From: Acidobacteriota bacterium
GTDB taxonomy: Bacteria; Acidobacteriota; UBA890; WLXD01
Assembly (NCBI GenBank): GCA_965205505.1
Contig: CBDBHB010000009.1
Coordinates: 1,344,001-1,408,000 of the forward strand
Reading direction: 5' to 3'
DNA: 64,000 bases
The notes under the pieces were generated by a model. That model saw only the letters and a list, made by a program, of their open reading frames with translations, was not told where the DNA came from and did no database searches. This document shows positions 9,909-20,125 of the stretch, piece after piece. The first letter of the stretch is position 1. Each line of letters opens with the position of its first letter. Position numbers and translations under genes: made by a program.

Positions 9909-10883
9909 CTAGCGCCGCTGTAGCACCAGCAGCGCCTGATCATCGCCTGCCGGCGCGCTGGCTCGGAATGCCTCGGCGGCAGACAGAGCCGTCGACGCCA
10001 GGGCGCTGGGCGCCAGGGCTCCCCACGCCTCGAGCTCGCACGACAGACGCTGGATTCCGTACTCGTCGCCCCCCGGATCAGTGCTCTCGACCAGGCCATC
10101 GGTGTAGAGCACGATCGACTCGCCCGCGGCCAGCGTGCGCTCGTGTACGCCGTAGTCGCTGCTTTGGAACAGGCCGGCAGGTAACCCGGTGGCGTCGAGG
10201 CGCTCGACTGCGCCGCAACGCGTCAGCAGGGCAGGCAGGTGTCCTGCGTTAGCGAGCTGCAAGCGGCCGTCGGGCCACGCCACACCGGCTACCAGGGTGA
10301 CATAGCGTGCCGGTCCCGTACGCTCGACAAGCTTGTCGCTGAGGTGCCGAACGGTGTCGGCGATCGGTCGCTTCTCTTCCACCAGGGCCCGGAAGTGAGC
10401 ACCGAGATGAGCCATCAGGAGTGCGGCTGACACGCCCTTTCCGGCAACGTCACCGAGTAGGAAATAGAGCGAGTCGTCGGGGCGAGCAACCAGGTCGATT
10501 ACGTCGCCGCCGACGGGTCCGGCTGGCAGATATCGGAAGTGGCTCGTCCAGCCGCCGACGCTGATGTCTTGCGCTGGCAGCAGACCGGCCTGGATGCTCC
10601 AGGCGGTCTCCAGGTCGTTTTCCAGCGCCCGGACCTGCTGCTCGGACAGATCACAGAGGCAGTAGCGACCCATCGGGTGGCGGTCGATCTCCTCGGGCAT
10701 CGACTCGTCGCAGACAACACAAAGGCCGTGCGTGCCGTGATCGACGCGATCCAGCGCGACATCGATCTCGGCGATCAGCCGCTCCAGGTCCGGAGCTGCG
10801 CCGACGCGGTTCGTCGCGTGCCGAAGCCGGCGCCGACGCTCGATCAGGGTTTCGTGAGTCGAAGCTTCGATCAAGGTGGCCAT
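9909..10883 (-). CDS. PP2C/SpoIIE (RsbU-like) phosphatase with N-terminal DksA/TraR-like zinc finger
   Basis: VGGD, LGDVAGKG, NAGH, LYTDG, GDDQA. N-terminal HGLCVVC...YCLC. Confidence 0.88.
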   Translation of the reverse strand: MATLIEASTHETLIERRRRLRHATNRVGAAPDLERLIAEIDVALDRVDHGTHGLCVVCDESMPEEIDRHPMGRYCLCDLSEQQVRALENDLETAWSIQAGLLPAQDISVGGWTSHFRYLPAGPVGGDVIDLVARPDDSLYFLLGDVAGKGVSAALLMAHLGAHFRALVEEKRPIADTVRHLSDKLVERTGPARYVTLVAGVAWPDGRLQLANAGHLPALLTRCGAVERLDATGLPAGLFQSSDYGVHERTLAAGESIVLYTDGLVESTDPGGDEYGIQRLSCELEAWGALAPSALASTALSAAEAFRASAPAGDDQALLVLQRR

Positions 10884-10904
10884 AGCTGAGATCTCCCTCA
10901 CCGA

Positions 10905-10985
10905 TAACTAGTAAAATCATCTTTTGATAGTTACTAATCATATCACAGATAGTAACTTGTCAAATGTAATAATGACGGTTATCTT
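10905..10985. promoter_or_regulatory. two 29-bp TAAC-N21-GTTA palindromes plus sigma70-like promoter
   Basis: Palindromes at 10905-10933 and 10953-10981. TTGTCA (10957-62), 17 bp, TATCTT (10980-85) points to the CGNR gene. AT-rich gap between divergent genes. Confidence 0.7.
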
Positions 10986-11018
10986 GGGTGGCGTCATTCC
11001 GATAGTTGCGGAGATCAC

Positions 11019-11606
11019 GTGAGCATCGAGCTAGTCGCTGGAAATGTCGGGCTGGACCTCGCCAACAATCACCAGCGCATGCAAGAGTTCTGCCCGGGTC
11101 GCCCGTACCTCGGCCTGCTGGAGATCGCTCGGCGTGCGCGAACGCTCTCTGTCGAGGAGGCCGATCGGCTGGTGCGAGCGGCGCGACGACGACCTGCTGA
11201 GGCAACTGCGGTGGTTGCGAGAGCCGACGCCCTCGCCGTTGCGACTCAGCGCGTGCTGGAGGCGAGCATCGCCGGCCGCACCACGCCGCGCCAGGCGCTG
11301 GCGACGATCAATCGCGAGGTCGCGGAAGCTGATTCACGCGCCTGCATCATAGGCTGCGATGCTGGCTTCGAGCGTTGTTGGAAGATCGGGCGGCCGCTCG
11401 ATCTAGCGCGGCCCTTGTGGCCACTGGCGCCCGCCGTCGCCGACCTTCTGGTGGCCGACGATCTCCAACGTGTCAGGACGTGTCGGGCATCCGACTGCGA
11501 CTGGCTGTTCGTGGATGCCAGCAAGAACCACAGTCGCTGCTGGTGCGATATGGCCACATGCGGCAACCGCGCCAAAGCGCAGCGATTTCGGGCGCGCACG
11601 GCATAG
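11019..11606 (+). CDS. ABATE/CGNR zinc-finger domain protein
   Basis: GLDLAN N-terminus and C-terminal CRASDCDWLFVDASKNHSRCWCDMATCGNRAK. Confidence 0.9.
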   Translation: MSIELVAGNVGLDLANNHQRMQEFCPGRPYLGLLEIARRARTLSVEEADRLVRAARRRPAEATAVVARADALAVATQRVLEASIAGRTTPRQALATINREVAEADSRACIIGCDAGFERCWKIGRPLDLARPLWPLAPAVADLLVADDLQRVRTCRASDCDWLFVDASKNHSRCWCDMATCGNRAKAQRFRARTA

Positions 11607-11738
11607 AGGTTTGGCGTGGCCCCGTCCCGTCGATGAGACGGCGGTTGTCCGGGGATGACCGCGCCCTGATAATCCGGCTGGCGCGCCCTTTTCAGGGTGC
11701 TGCGTGACCAACTCTCACTCCAGACTCAGGAGTCTTCC

Positions 11739-13160
11739 GTGCACCGCAAGAGCCCGCTGACCCCGTTTGCGATCATCCTCGTCGCTGCCACGGCCCTCTG
11801 TCTTTCCGTTACCGATGCCAGAGCTCAGGTGACCTGCTTCGGTGATCCGACCTGCATCCAGCCGGAGACTGGCCATCCGGTCGGCATGCCGGGCACGCCC
11901 AACATCGAAGTGGTGTCGCATTTGCCACTGCCCGGCATCCGATTCAGCCACGCCGACATCGAGATCGAACAGGAGATGTCGCGGCCCTTCGCCTACATTG
12001 CCCAGCGTTTCGGCTATTCGGGCTTCTACGCCATCAGCATCGAGAACCCGGAGAGACCGGAGGTCCTGTATCGCTGGATCATCGACGACCCAGACTTGCA
12101 TCAGGGCACCGGGTGCGTCGACATCAAGTACGCCAAGGACAACGGCCGCTACTACGTGGTGGTGTCGTGCCAGTTCGGGCAGGGCGGCCCGGATGCCGAC
12201 CTCGGCGCTGTGGTGTTCGACGTCACCGGGCTGCCGGATGCTGCGACGGTGCGCAAGGTGGCGGAGATTCGACTACCCGAGATGGTCGGCGGGATCCACA
12301 ACATCTTCACCTACAGGCACTCGAATGGTCGCGCCTTGCTCGCCGCGACCACTCAGTCCGAGGACGTCTTCCTGTACGACTTCGGACAGCTGGGCCGCGG
12401 CATCACGGAGCCGGTGTCGAACATTCGGGTCCCGACGCCCAGAGCCGAGCGCAGCCGTCAATGGCACGACATGTTCATGGGCTACCTGCCCGACGCCGAG
12501 CAGGATCGCTTCTACGGGGCGGGCACCGGCGGCTTCCACGTCTTCGACGTCACCAACGTCGAGAACCCGCGCCTGCTCACCACGGTCACCGGCATTCCGG
12601 GCGTCATGGATGGACACACCTTCACCCCGACGCCGGACGGTCGCTACGCTGTCGGCATGCCCGAGCCGACCTACCAGCACTCTCCGGTGCGGTTCTTCGA
12701 TCTTCGGCCGCCCGAATCGGACGGCCGCACGCCGAACGTCATCACCGGCTCCGGCATCGGTGCGTGGATCGCCAAGTTCGGCGGCTCCACCCACAACCAT
12801 GAGGTGCGCTGGCCGTATGTCTTCATTTCAGCGCAGGACGATGGCCTGCAGATCGTCGATATGACCGATCCTACCCACCCCTTCACACTGGGCTACTACC
12901 AGACGCGAATAGGGCCTCTGCTCTACGGCGACGGCGAACGACCGTCGCAGGCCACCACCGGCAACATCTACACCGGTGCTTGGGGTGTCGACGTGCGCGA
13001 TGCCGACGGCCTCATCGTGGTGAGCGACTTCAACTCCGGCTTCTGGGCTTTTCGTCTCCAGGGCTTCTCGGGCTGGAACGGCAACGACTGGGGCATGCCG
13101 AATATCTCGAGCGCGCAGATGTGGGACGAGGGTCCAGTCAAGGAGGAGCAGCTCTGGTAG
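11739..13160 (+). CDS. secreted LVIVD-repeat protein
   Basis: Signal peptide, HADIEIEQE, HNIF, WHDMF, HNHEVRWP, DGLQIVD, GAWGVD. GGAG RBS before GTG. Confidence 0.75.
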   Translation: MHRKSPLTPFAIILVAATALCLSVTDARAQVTCFGDPTCIQPETGHPVGMPGTPNIEVVSHLPLPGIRFSHADIEIEQEMSRPFAYIAQRFGYSGFYAISIENPERPEVLYRWIIDDPDLHQGTGCVDIKYAKDNGRYYVVVSCQFGQGGPDADLGAVVFDVTGLPDAATVRKVAEIRLPEMVGGIHNIFTYRHSNGRALLAATTQSEDVFLYDFGQLGRGITEPVSNIRVPTPRAERSRQWHDMFMGYLPDAEQDRFYGAGTGGFHVFDVTNVENPRLLTTVTGIPGVMDGHTFTPTPDGRYAVGMPEPTYQHSPVRFFDLRPPESDGRTPNVITGSGIGAWIAKFGGSTHNHEVRWPYVFISAQDDGLQIVDMTDPTHPFTLGYYQTRIGPLLYGDGERPSQATTGNIYTGAWGVDVRDADGLIVVSDFNSGFWAFRLQGFSGWNGNDWGMPNISSAQMWDEGPVKEEQLW

Positions 13161-13288
13161 ATGTCTCCCTGGCGCCATACCCCCGATAGCCAGCGCCCGT
13201 CCCCGCCATCAGGACAAAGGCCATGCACCGTGCCAGCCGCGTTCGTGCACTCGCTGAGGCCGCTATGTTCGTAAGCGCGGTGGTTCCA

Positions 13289-14317
13289 TCAGGCAGAAGC
13301 CAGCTGCCAGCCCGCCGCCGAGGTCGTCGCGACCATGTCCTTCATCTGTAGCGCTCGGGAGGACGCCGCGTTTCCCTGCAGGCCGCGCTTGTAGACGCCC
13401 TGAAGAATGCTCGCCAGCCGGAAAAACGAGAACGCCAAGCAGAAGTTCCAGTTGTCGATTCTGCTCCGCCCCACGAGCTCGCAGTACCTCGCCACGACCT
13501 CGCGCTCACCAGGCACATCGGGGTTTCCGCCGACCGAGCCGCCAGGTGCCTCGCCGTGGTACTTCATGCAGTTGTAGGCGAGGTCGGCCAGCGGGTGCCC
13601 AAGCGTCGACAGCTCCCAGTCCAGCACTGCCAGGGCTCTCGGCTCGGTCGGGTGGAACACGATGTTGTAGAGCTGGTAGTCGCCGTGAACGATCGTCGTG
13701 GTGTCGTCGTGGGGGGCGTTCTCGGGCAGCCACACCATGAGCCGGTCCATCGACGGGATGGAGTCGGTCTGTGCCGCCAAGTATTGCTTGGTCCAACGAC
13801 CGATCTGGCGTACGAAGTAGTTGCCCGGCTTGCCGAAGTCGAGCAGTCCCCTGGACTCATAGTCGACGGTGTGTAGGGCGGCGAGCACGCGCATCATCTC
13901 GGCGTAAATGGAGGGGCGCTCGGATGCGCTCGCGTCGGGCAGGTTGGGATCGGAGAAGATCCGCCCTTGCACGTACTCCATCACGTAGAACGGCGTGCCG
14001 ATGATCGATGCGTCGTCGCACAGCAGGTGCACGGCGGGCACCGGGACGTCGCTGTTCGCCAGCGCCTCGTATATGCGGTGCTCACGCTCGACCTGATGCG
14101 CGCTGGGTAGCAGCTTGCCGGGCGGTTTCTTGCGCAGCACCCACGACCGCTCCGCCTCGGTCAGCAAGAAGGTGGGGTTGGACTGCCCGCCCGAGAATTG
14201 CTGAATCTGTGCCTGGCCAGTGTAGCCGTGCAGTTCCTGGCACAGGTACTCGTGCAGCGCGCGTTCGTCGAAGCGGTGGTTGTCTCGAATCTCGATCAGG
14301 CCTTGCGGGCCGCTCAT
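13289..14317 (-). CDS. phosphotransferase family protein (APH/ACAD10-like)
   Basis: [42 protein letters not shown]-coupled to the acyl-CoA dehydrogenase. Confidence 0.9.
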   Translation of the reverse strand: MSGPQGLIEIRDNHRFDERALHEYLCQELHGYTGQAQIQQFSGGQSNPTFLLTEAERSWVLRKKPPGKLLPSAHQVEREHRIYEALANSDVPVPAVHLLCDDASIIGTPFYVMEYVQGRIFSDPNLPDASASERPSIYAEMMRVLAALHTVDYESRGLLDFGKPGNYFVRQIGRWTKQYLAAQTDSIPSMDRLMVWLPENAPHDDTTTIVHGDYQLYNIVFHPTEPRALAVLDWELSTLGHPLADLAYNCMKYHGEAPGGSVGGNPDVPGEREVVARYCELVGRSRIDNWNFCLAFSFFRLASILQGVYKRGLQGNAASSRALQMKDMVATTSAAGWQLASA

Positions 14318-15516
14318 TCGTACTTCTTCAACTCGAGCTTGGCGATCTGAGCCCGGTGGACCTCGTCGGGTCCGTCGGCCAGGCGAAGCGTGCGCTGCTC
14401 CGCCCAGGCGAAGGCGAGGAAAGTGTCCTGGCAGACACCCATGCCACCGTGTGCCTGGATGGCGCGATCGATGACGTCGAGCGACATCTGTGGCGCCAAT
14501 ACCTTGATCGCTGCGATCTCCTTCCGAGCCTCCTTGTTGCCGACCGTATCCATCAGATGTGCGGCGTTCAGCACCAGCAGCCGTGCTGCGTCTATCTCGA
14601 TCCGTGATCTGGCGATGTCCTGTCGAATCGCGCCCATGTCTGCCAGCCGTCGTCCGAAGGCGACGCGCTCGCGCACGCGTCGGCACATGAGCTCGAGGGC
14701 GCGTTCCGCTACGCCGACGCAACGCATGCAGTGGTGGATCCGCCCTGGGCCCAGACGGCCTTGGGCGATCTCGAAGCCACGACCCTCGCCCAGTAGCAAG
14801 TGCGATGCGGGAACCCGCACGTCCGTAAACTCGATCTCGGCATGCCCGTGCGGCGCGTGGTCATAGCCGAATACGTTGAGCGTTCGGAGGATCTCCACGC
14901 CCGGCGTGTCGCGCGGAACGACGATCATCGATTGCTGCTCGTACGGCGACGCCTCGGGATCCGTCTTGCCCATGAAGATGAAGACCTTGCAGCGCGGGTC
15001 GCCGGCGCCGGACGTCCACCACTTGCGACCGTTGATCACGTATTCGTCGCCGTCGCGCTCGATGCGCGATTGGATGTTTCTTGCATCCGACGAGGCGACG
15101 TCGGGCTCGGTCATGCAGAACGCCGAGCGGATCTCGCCGTTCAACAGGGGCGTCAGCCAACGCTCCTTCAGCTCGTCGCTGGCGTACCGCACCAACACCT
15201 CCATGTTGCCAGTGTCGGGCGCGGAGCAGTTCATTGCTTCACCGGCGATGCGGTACTTGCCGGTGAGCTCTGCGATCGGGGCGTACTCGAGATTCGTGAG
15301 TCCCGCACCGAGCTCGCTTTCGGGGAGAAACAGGTTCCACAGGGCGGCATCCTTGGCCTTCTGCTTGAGCTCCTCCATGATCGGAACGGGCGCCCATCGA
15401 TCCCCCTCGTTTACCTGCTGCTCGTACAGCTCCTCGTTGGGGACGATGTTGGCCTCTACGAACTCGAGCACCCGCTCGTAGTGGTGCCTCCCCTTGTCAG
15501 AGATCTCGAAGAGCAT
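14314..15516 (-). CDS. acyl-CoA dehydrogenase
   Basis: [57 protein letters not shown]. Confidence 0.93.
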   Translation of the reverse strand: MLFEISDKGRHHYERVLEFVEANIVPNEELYEQQVNEGDRWAPVPIMEELKQKAKDAALWNLFLPESELGAGLTNLEYAPIAELTGKYRIAGEAMNCSAPDTGNMEVLVRYASDELKERWLTPLLNGEIRSAFCMTEPDVASSDARNIQSRIERDGDEYVINGRKWWTSGAGDPRCKVFIFMGKTDPEASPYEQQSMIVVPRDTPGVEILRTLNVFGYDHAPHGHAEIEFTDVRVPASHLLLGEGRGFEIAQGRLGPGRIHHCMRCVGVAERALELMCRRVRERVAFGRRLADMGAIRQDIARSRIEIDAARLLVLNAAHLMDTVGNKEARKEIAAIKVLAPQMSLDVIDRAIQAHGGMGVCQDTFLAFAWAEQRTLRLADGPDEVHRAQIAKLELKKYE

Positions 15517-15536
15517 GCCGAGGCTCCTGTTGCCGG

Positions 15537-16727
15537 CTACTGACAGAGCTCGAAGAGCCCGGCAGCACCTTGCCCACCGCCTATGCACATTGTCACTACG
15601 CCGTAGCGGGCGCCGCGGCGGACCATCTCGTTGGCCAGCGTGCCGACCATGCGCGAGCCGGTCATGCCAAACGGATGGCCTATGGAGATCGCGCCGCCGT
15701 TGACGTTGAGCTTGTAGGGATCGATGCCGAGTCGGTCGCGGCAATAGACGACCTGCACGGCGAAGGCCTCATTGAGCTCCCAGAGATCGATGTCGTCGAC
15801 CGAGAGGTCGTGCCGCTCCAGCAGCTTCGGCACCGCGAACACCGGGCCGATGCCCATCTCGTCGGGCTCGCATCCGGCCACAGCGAAGCCGCGGAACAGC
15901 AGCTTCGGCGTGATGCCCAAAGCCTCGGCACGCTGACGCGACATCAGCAACGTTGCGGATGCGCCGTCGGACAGCTGCGACGAGTTGCCGGGGGTGACGG
16001 TGCCGTGGCCACTGTCGCGGTCGAAGTACGGCTTCAACGATGCGAGGCCCTCGAGCGTGGAATCGGGGCGATTGCACTCGTCGGCCTCGAGGGAATGCTC
16101 TTCCTCGCCCACAGCGTCGCCGGTCTTCTTGTCGATGATGGCACGGGTCACCTGCATCGGTGCCAGCTCTTCGTCTAGCCGGCCCTCCTGCTGTGCCGCC
16201 GCGGTGCGCAGTTGGCTGGAGAGCGCGTACTCGTCTTGAACCTCACGGCTGATCTGGTAGCGCTTCGCCACCACCTCGGCGGTGTCGCCCATGACCATGT
16301 AGATGCCTGGTTTGTGTTCCTGCACCCACGGGTTCGCGTCGACCTTGGCCGAGAAGGTCTGGGTGATGCTCTCGACGCCACCGCCGATCGCCGCTGCGGC
16401 GCCCTCCTGGATGATCTGATGCGCTGCCATGGCCACCGCCTGCAGGCCGGAGCTACAGAATCGATTTACCGTGGTGGCCGCTACCTGGACTGGCAGCCCT
16501 GCCCTGATCGACGCCACGCGAGCGATGTTCGAACCCTGCGAGCCCTCCGGACGCGCACAGCCGGCGATGACGTCTTCCACCTCCGCGGCGTCGAGCTCGG
16601 GGGCCTTGGCGATCACGTCTTGAATGCAGTGCGCCAGATAGTCGTCGGGTCGCGTCATGTTCAGCGAGCCACGAAACGACTTGGCGAGCGGCGTCCGGGA
16701 GCTCGCCACGACAACTGCTTCACGCAT
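15537..16727 (-). CDS. acetyl-CoA C-acyltransferase (thiolase)
   Basis: [33 protein letters not shown]. Confidence 0.95.
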   Translation of the reverse strand: MREAVVVASSRTPLAKSFRGSLNMTRPDDYLAHCIQDVIAKAPELDAAEVEDVIAGCARPEGSQGSNIARVASIRAGLPVQVAATTVNRFCSSGLQAVAMAAHQIIQEGAAAAIGGGVESITQTFSAKVDANPWVQEHKPGIYMVMGDTAEVVAKRYQISREVQDEYALSSQLRTAAAQQEGRLDEELAPMQVTRAIIDKKTGDAVGEEEHSLEADECNRPDSTLEGLASLKPYFDRDSGHGTVTPGNSSQLSDGASATLLMSRQRAEALGITPKLLFRGFAVAGCEPDEMGIGPVFAVPKLLERHDLSVDDIDLWELNEAFAVQVVYCRDRLGIDPYKLNVNGGAISIGHPFGMTGSRMVGTLANEMVRRGARYGVVTMCIGGGQGAAGLFELCQ

Positions 16728-16844
16728 CACTTACTCCTTCGGTCGGGAGCCCAGTTGCGCTCCGGCGCCGATCATCCTGTCTGTGTAAGCTCTCCCGAAC
16801 GTACGGGTCTTAGCACGAATCCTAACGTGGGAGCCATCGCGGAG

Positions 16845-18917
16845 ATGACCGACATGGTGCGAACGGACGTTCACGACGGCGTCGCGGTGATTCGCGTCGA
16901 CAATCCTCCGGTGAATGCTCTGAGCCGGGGAGTACGGGATGGGCTGCATGAGGCCGTCCTGACAGCCGATGCCGACCAGGCCGCCGACGCGATCTTGATC
17001 CTGTGCGAGGGCCGCACGTACTTCGCTGGCGCCGATATCAAGGAGTTCGGCCGGCCAACGGAGGGTGTGCCACTGTCGCAAATGCACGCGGTGATCGAGG
17101 GTGCGTCGAAGCCCGTCGTTTCCTCGATCCATGGCACTGCGCTCGGTGGCGGGCTGGAGACGGCGCTCTGTTGCCACTACCGCGTGGCTATCGCGACCGC
17201 CCGTTTCGGCTTGCCGGAAGTGAAGTTGGGGATCTTGCCGGGGGCCGGCGGGACGCAGCGGTTGCCGAGAGTCGTTGGCGTGCAGAAGGCTCTCGAGATG
17301 ATGGTCTCAGGCCGGATGGTGGGCGCTGATTTTGCCCTGCAGAACGGTCTCATCGACGAGATCGTCGATGACGTGTTCGAAGGCGGGCTGGCGTTCGCCA
17401 AGCAGGTCGCCGAGGAAGGTCGGCCGCTGCCGAAGGTGCGCGACCTTGAAGACAAGATCGAGGAAGCGAGGAAGGACCCGGAGCTGTTCGAACGGTTCCG
17501 TCGATCTATTGCGCGCAAGACGCGCGGGTTCGAAGCGCCCGAGGTGATCATCCAATGCGTCGAAGACGCCGTGTCCCAGCCGTTCGACGAGGGCATACGA
17601 GCCGAACGCGAGAGGTTCGACACGTTGCTCAACGTCGAGCAGTCGGCTGCCCAGCGCCACTACTTCTTCGCCGAGCGCCAGGCGGGGAAGGTTCCCGATG
17701 TTCCCAGGGACACGCCGAAAATTGCGATCAACAAGATCGGAGTCGTAGGCGCGGGAACCATGGGTGGCGGTATCGCGATGAACTTCCTCAACCGAGGGAT
17801 ACCGGTCACGATTGTCGAGACAGGACAGGATGTCCTCGACCGCGGTCTCGGGGTCGTGAGGAAGAACTACGATCGCACCGCCAAGCGCGGGCGGATCACC
17901 TCGGCGCAGGTGGATGAGCGCATGGACCTGCTCACACCCACCCTGTCGCTCGAGGGGCTCGCCGACTGCGACCTCATCATCGAAGCTGTCTTCGAGAACA
18001 TGGAGCTCAAGAAAGAGGTATTCACGAAGCTCGATGGCATCGCCAAGCGCGGCGCGATCCTGGCAACCAATACCTCAGCGCTGGACGTCGACGAGATCGC
18101 CGCGGTGACGCAGCGTCCGGAGATGGTGCTGGGCACCCACTTCTTCAGCCCCGCCAACATCATGCGGTTGCTCGAGGTGGTGCGCGCCGAGCGTACTTCC
18201 AAGGAGGTGCTAGCGTCGACGATGGCCCTGGCCAAGCACATCGGCAAGGTTGCGGTCGTGTCGGGCGTGTGTCCCGGTTTCATCGGCAACCGGATGCTGT
18301 TTCAGCGAGGCGCCCAGGTGGACCGCATGATCCTCGAGGGCCCCTTGCCTGAGGATGTCGACCGCGTCAACTTCGAGTTCGGCATGCCGATGGGACCGTT
18401 TGCGATGGCCGATCTTGCGGGTCTCGATCTTCGCTGGGATGGTGCGCCCGCCGGAGGTCTGACGGTGCGCGACCGACTGTGCGAGATGGGCCGGCGCGGC
18501 CAGAAAACCGGGGCTGGCTACTACAACTATGATCCCGAGACGCGTGCCAGCAGTCCCGAGCCCGCCGTGGAGAAGCTCATTGTGGAGGTCTCGGAGACAA
18601 TGCGGATAACACGCCGCGACTTCAGCGACCAGGAGATCCTGCAGCGCAGCCTCTATCCGATGATCAACGAAGGCGCCAAGATCCTCGCGGAGGGTGTTAG
18701 CAGCCGGCCCAGCGACATCGACGTGGTCTGGGTGTGTGGCTATGGATGGCCGGTGTATCGGGGAGGGCCCATGTTCTATGCCGACACCATCGGGTTGTCG
18801 ACGGTGCTCGACGCCCTGAAGCAGTTCGAGCAGCAAGACGAGGATGACTTCTGGCGACCCTCGCAGCTGCTCGAGCAGCTCGTTGCTGACGGCAAGGGCT
18901 TCGCGGACATGGCCTAG
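16845..18917 (+). CDS. enoyl-CoA hydratase/3-hydroxyacyl-CoA dehydrogenase (FadB-like)
   Basis: NPPVNAL, ALGGGLE, PGAGGTQRLPR, GAGTMGGG, TNTS, HFFSPAN. Confidence 0.95.
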   Translation: MTDMVRTDVHDGVAVIRVDNPPVNALSRGVRDGLHEAVLTADADQAADAILILCEGRTYFAGADIKEFGRPTEGVPLSQMHAVIEGASKPVVSSIHGTALGGGLETALCCHYRVAIATARFGLPEVKLGILPGAGGTQRLPRVVGVQKALEMMVSGRMVGADFALQNGLIDEIVDDVFEGGLAFAKQVAEEGRPLPKVRDLEDKIEEARKDPELFERFRRSIARKTRGFEAPEVIIQCVEDAVSQPFDEGIRAERERFDTLLNVEQSAAQRHYFFAERQAGKVPDVPRDTPKIAINKIGVVGAGTMGGGIAMNFLNRGIPVTIVETGQDVLDRGLGVVRKNYDRTAKRGRITSAQVDERMDLLTPTLSLEGLADCDLIIEAVFENMELKKEVFTKLDGIAKRGAILATNTSALDVDEIAAVTQRPEMVLGTHFFSPANIMRLLEVVRAERTSKEVLASTMALAKHIGKVAVVSGVCPGFIGNRMLFQRGAQVDRMILEGPLPEDVDRVNFEFGMPMGPFAMADLAGLDLRWDGAPAGGLTVRDRLCEMGRRGQKTGAGYYNYDPETRASSPEPAVEKLIVEVSETMRITRRDFSDQEILQRSLYPMINEGAKILAEGVSSRPSDIDVVWVCGYGWPVYRGGPMFYADTIGLSTVLDALKQFEQQDEDDFWRPSQLLEQLVADGKGFADMA

Positions 18918-18936
18918 CTCCGGGACGATTGGAGAG

Positions 18937-20053
18937 CTACTGCTCGAATCCGTCGCCCGCGTTTGTTTCCTGCGAATCTGCGATCTTGATCGCTGTGCCT
19001 CGTTCGTGGCTTTCGTAGACGGCGAGCAGTGCGCGCAGGGCTTTGATCCCGCTCTCGGCCGAAACCTCGGGCTCCTGGTCGGCCGCGATGCTGCGGGCGA
19101 ACGACTCCATTTGCATGGCGAACTGGGCTGGCGGCGGACGATCTGCTAGCGGGATCTGGCGAACGCCACCAGCGTCCATCAAGAACAGCTTGTTGGCGTA
19201 ATGGAAAATACGCAGCGCCCCCTGCGTTCCGTGCACTTGAATGGACCCCGGATGTTTGTGCCACGTCCCCGCCGGCTGGTAGCCGGCGAGGCTCCAGGCG
19301 GCCCCACGGCTGAACAGACCGTCGGAGGGCAGGTCGGTGCTGAATGTGAGGTCGTTGTACACCAGACGCCCTACGGCGCCGTTGGCGAAATCCATGTGCA
19401 TGGTCTCCGTCGTAGGTGTTTCGCCGGAGATGTTGCCGCGCCCCCGCACGGTGCAGATCTCGGTGTCCATTAGCCACGGGAACGTGTCGATCATGTGGAT
19501 ACCGTGGTCGACCAGCCCCATCCCGGAACCCCCCGGGGCCGCCGGCGGGATAGTGATCGAACCCCATGGGCTCGTGCGACGCGGGCCCGCCTCCGCCGAT
19601 CACGGATTCGGTGAGTAACAGAACCTCTCCGAGGGCACCTGCTCGAATCATCTCCCGAGCCTTCGTCAGTGCGGGAAGGAACCGATAGGAAGCGCCATAG
19701 AAGAGCTTCACGCCGCGCTCGCGGCACACCGACACCATGGTATCGGCGTCTTCCAGGGTCACAGCGATCGGCTTCTCGCAGAACACATGCAGGCCGGCGC
19801 CGGCGATTGCCTCGGTCACCGCGCGATGGGTGTTCACCGGCGTCAGCACACAGACCATGTCGAGATCCGCCTTCTCCAGCATGGCTCCGTAGTCGGAGAA
19901 CGGCTGAAAGGCGTGCTTCTCGGAGATCTCTCGCAGGCGTGACGCTTTGATCTCGGCCGCCGCTACGACGTCTATCTCGTCGATCGCCTCGTAGGCTTCC
20001 AGATGGGCCTCGGCCACAGCCCCCAGCCCGACGATGCCTAGCCGTAGAGTCAT
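18937..20053 (-). pseudogene. Gfo/Idh/MocA oxidoreductase, frameshifted
   Basis: GIVGLG and CEKP in one frame, GLVDHGIHMID in another. Removing one base of the C6 run at 19529-19534 gives GGPGGSGMGLVDHG. Could be a sequencing error. Confidence 0.8.
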
Positions 20054-20125
20054 GCGCGCCAGTGTACGCTTTGACGGCCGATGTCAGGCTCCGGTCGCGG
20101 AAGTAGCTCAGCAGGGAGGGGAGGG

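Noticed and set aside
19529-19534. Programmed ribosomal frameshift in the Gfo/Idh gene
   Set aside because: No canonical slippery site or precedent in this family; a homopolymer indel is simpler.
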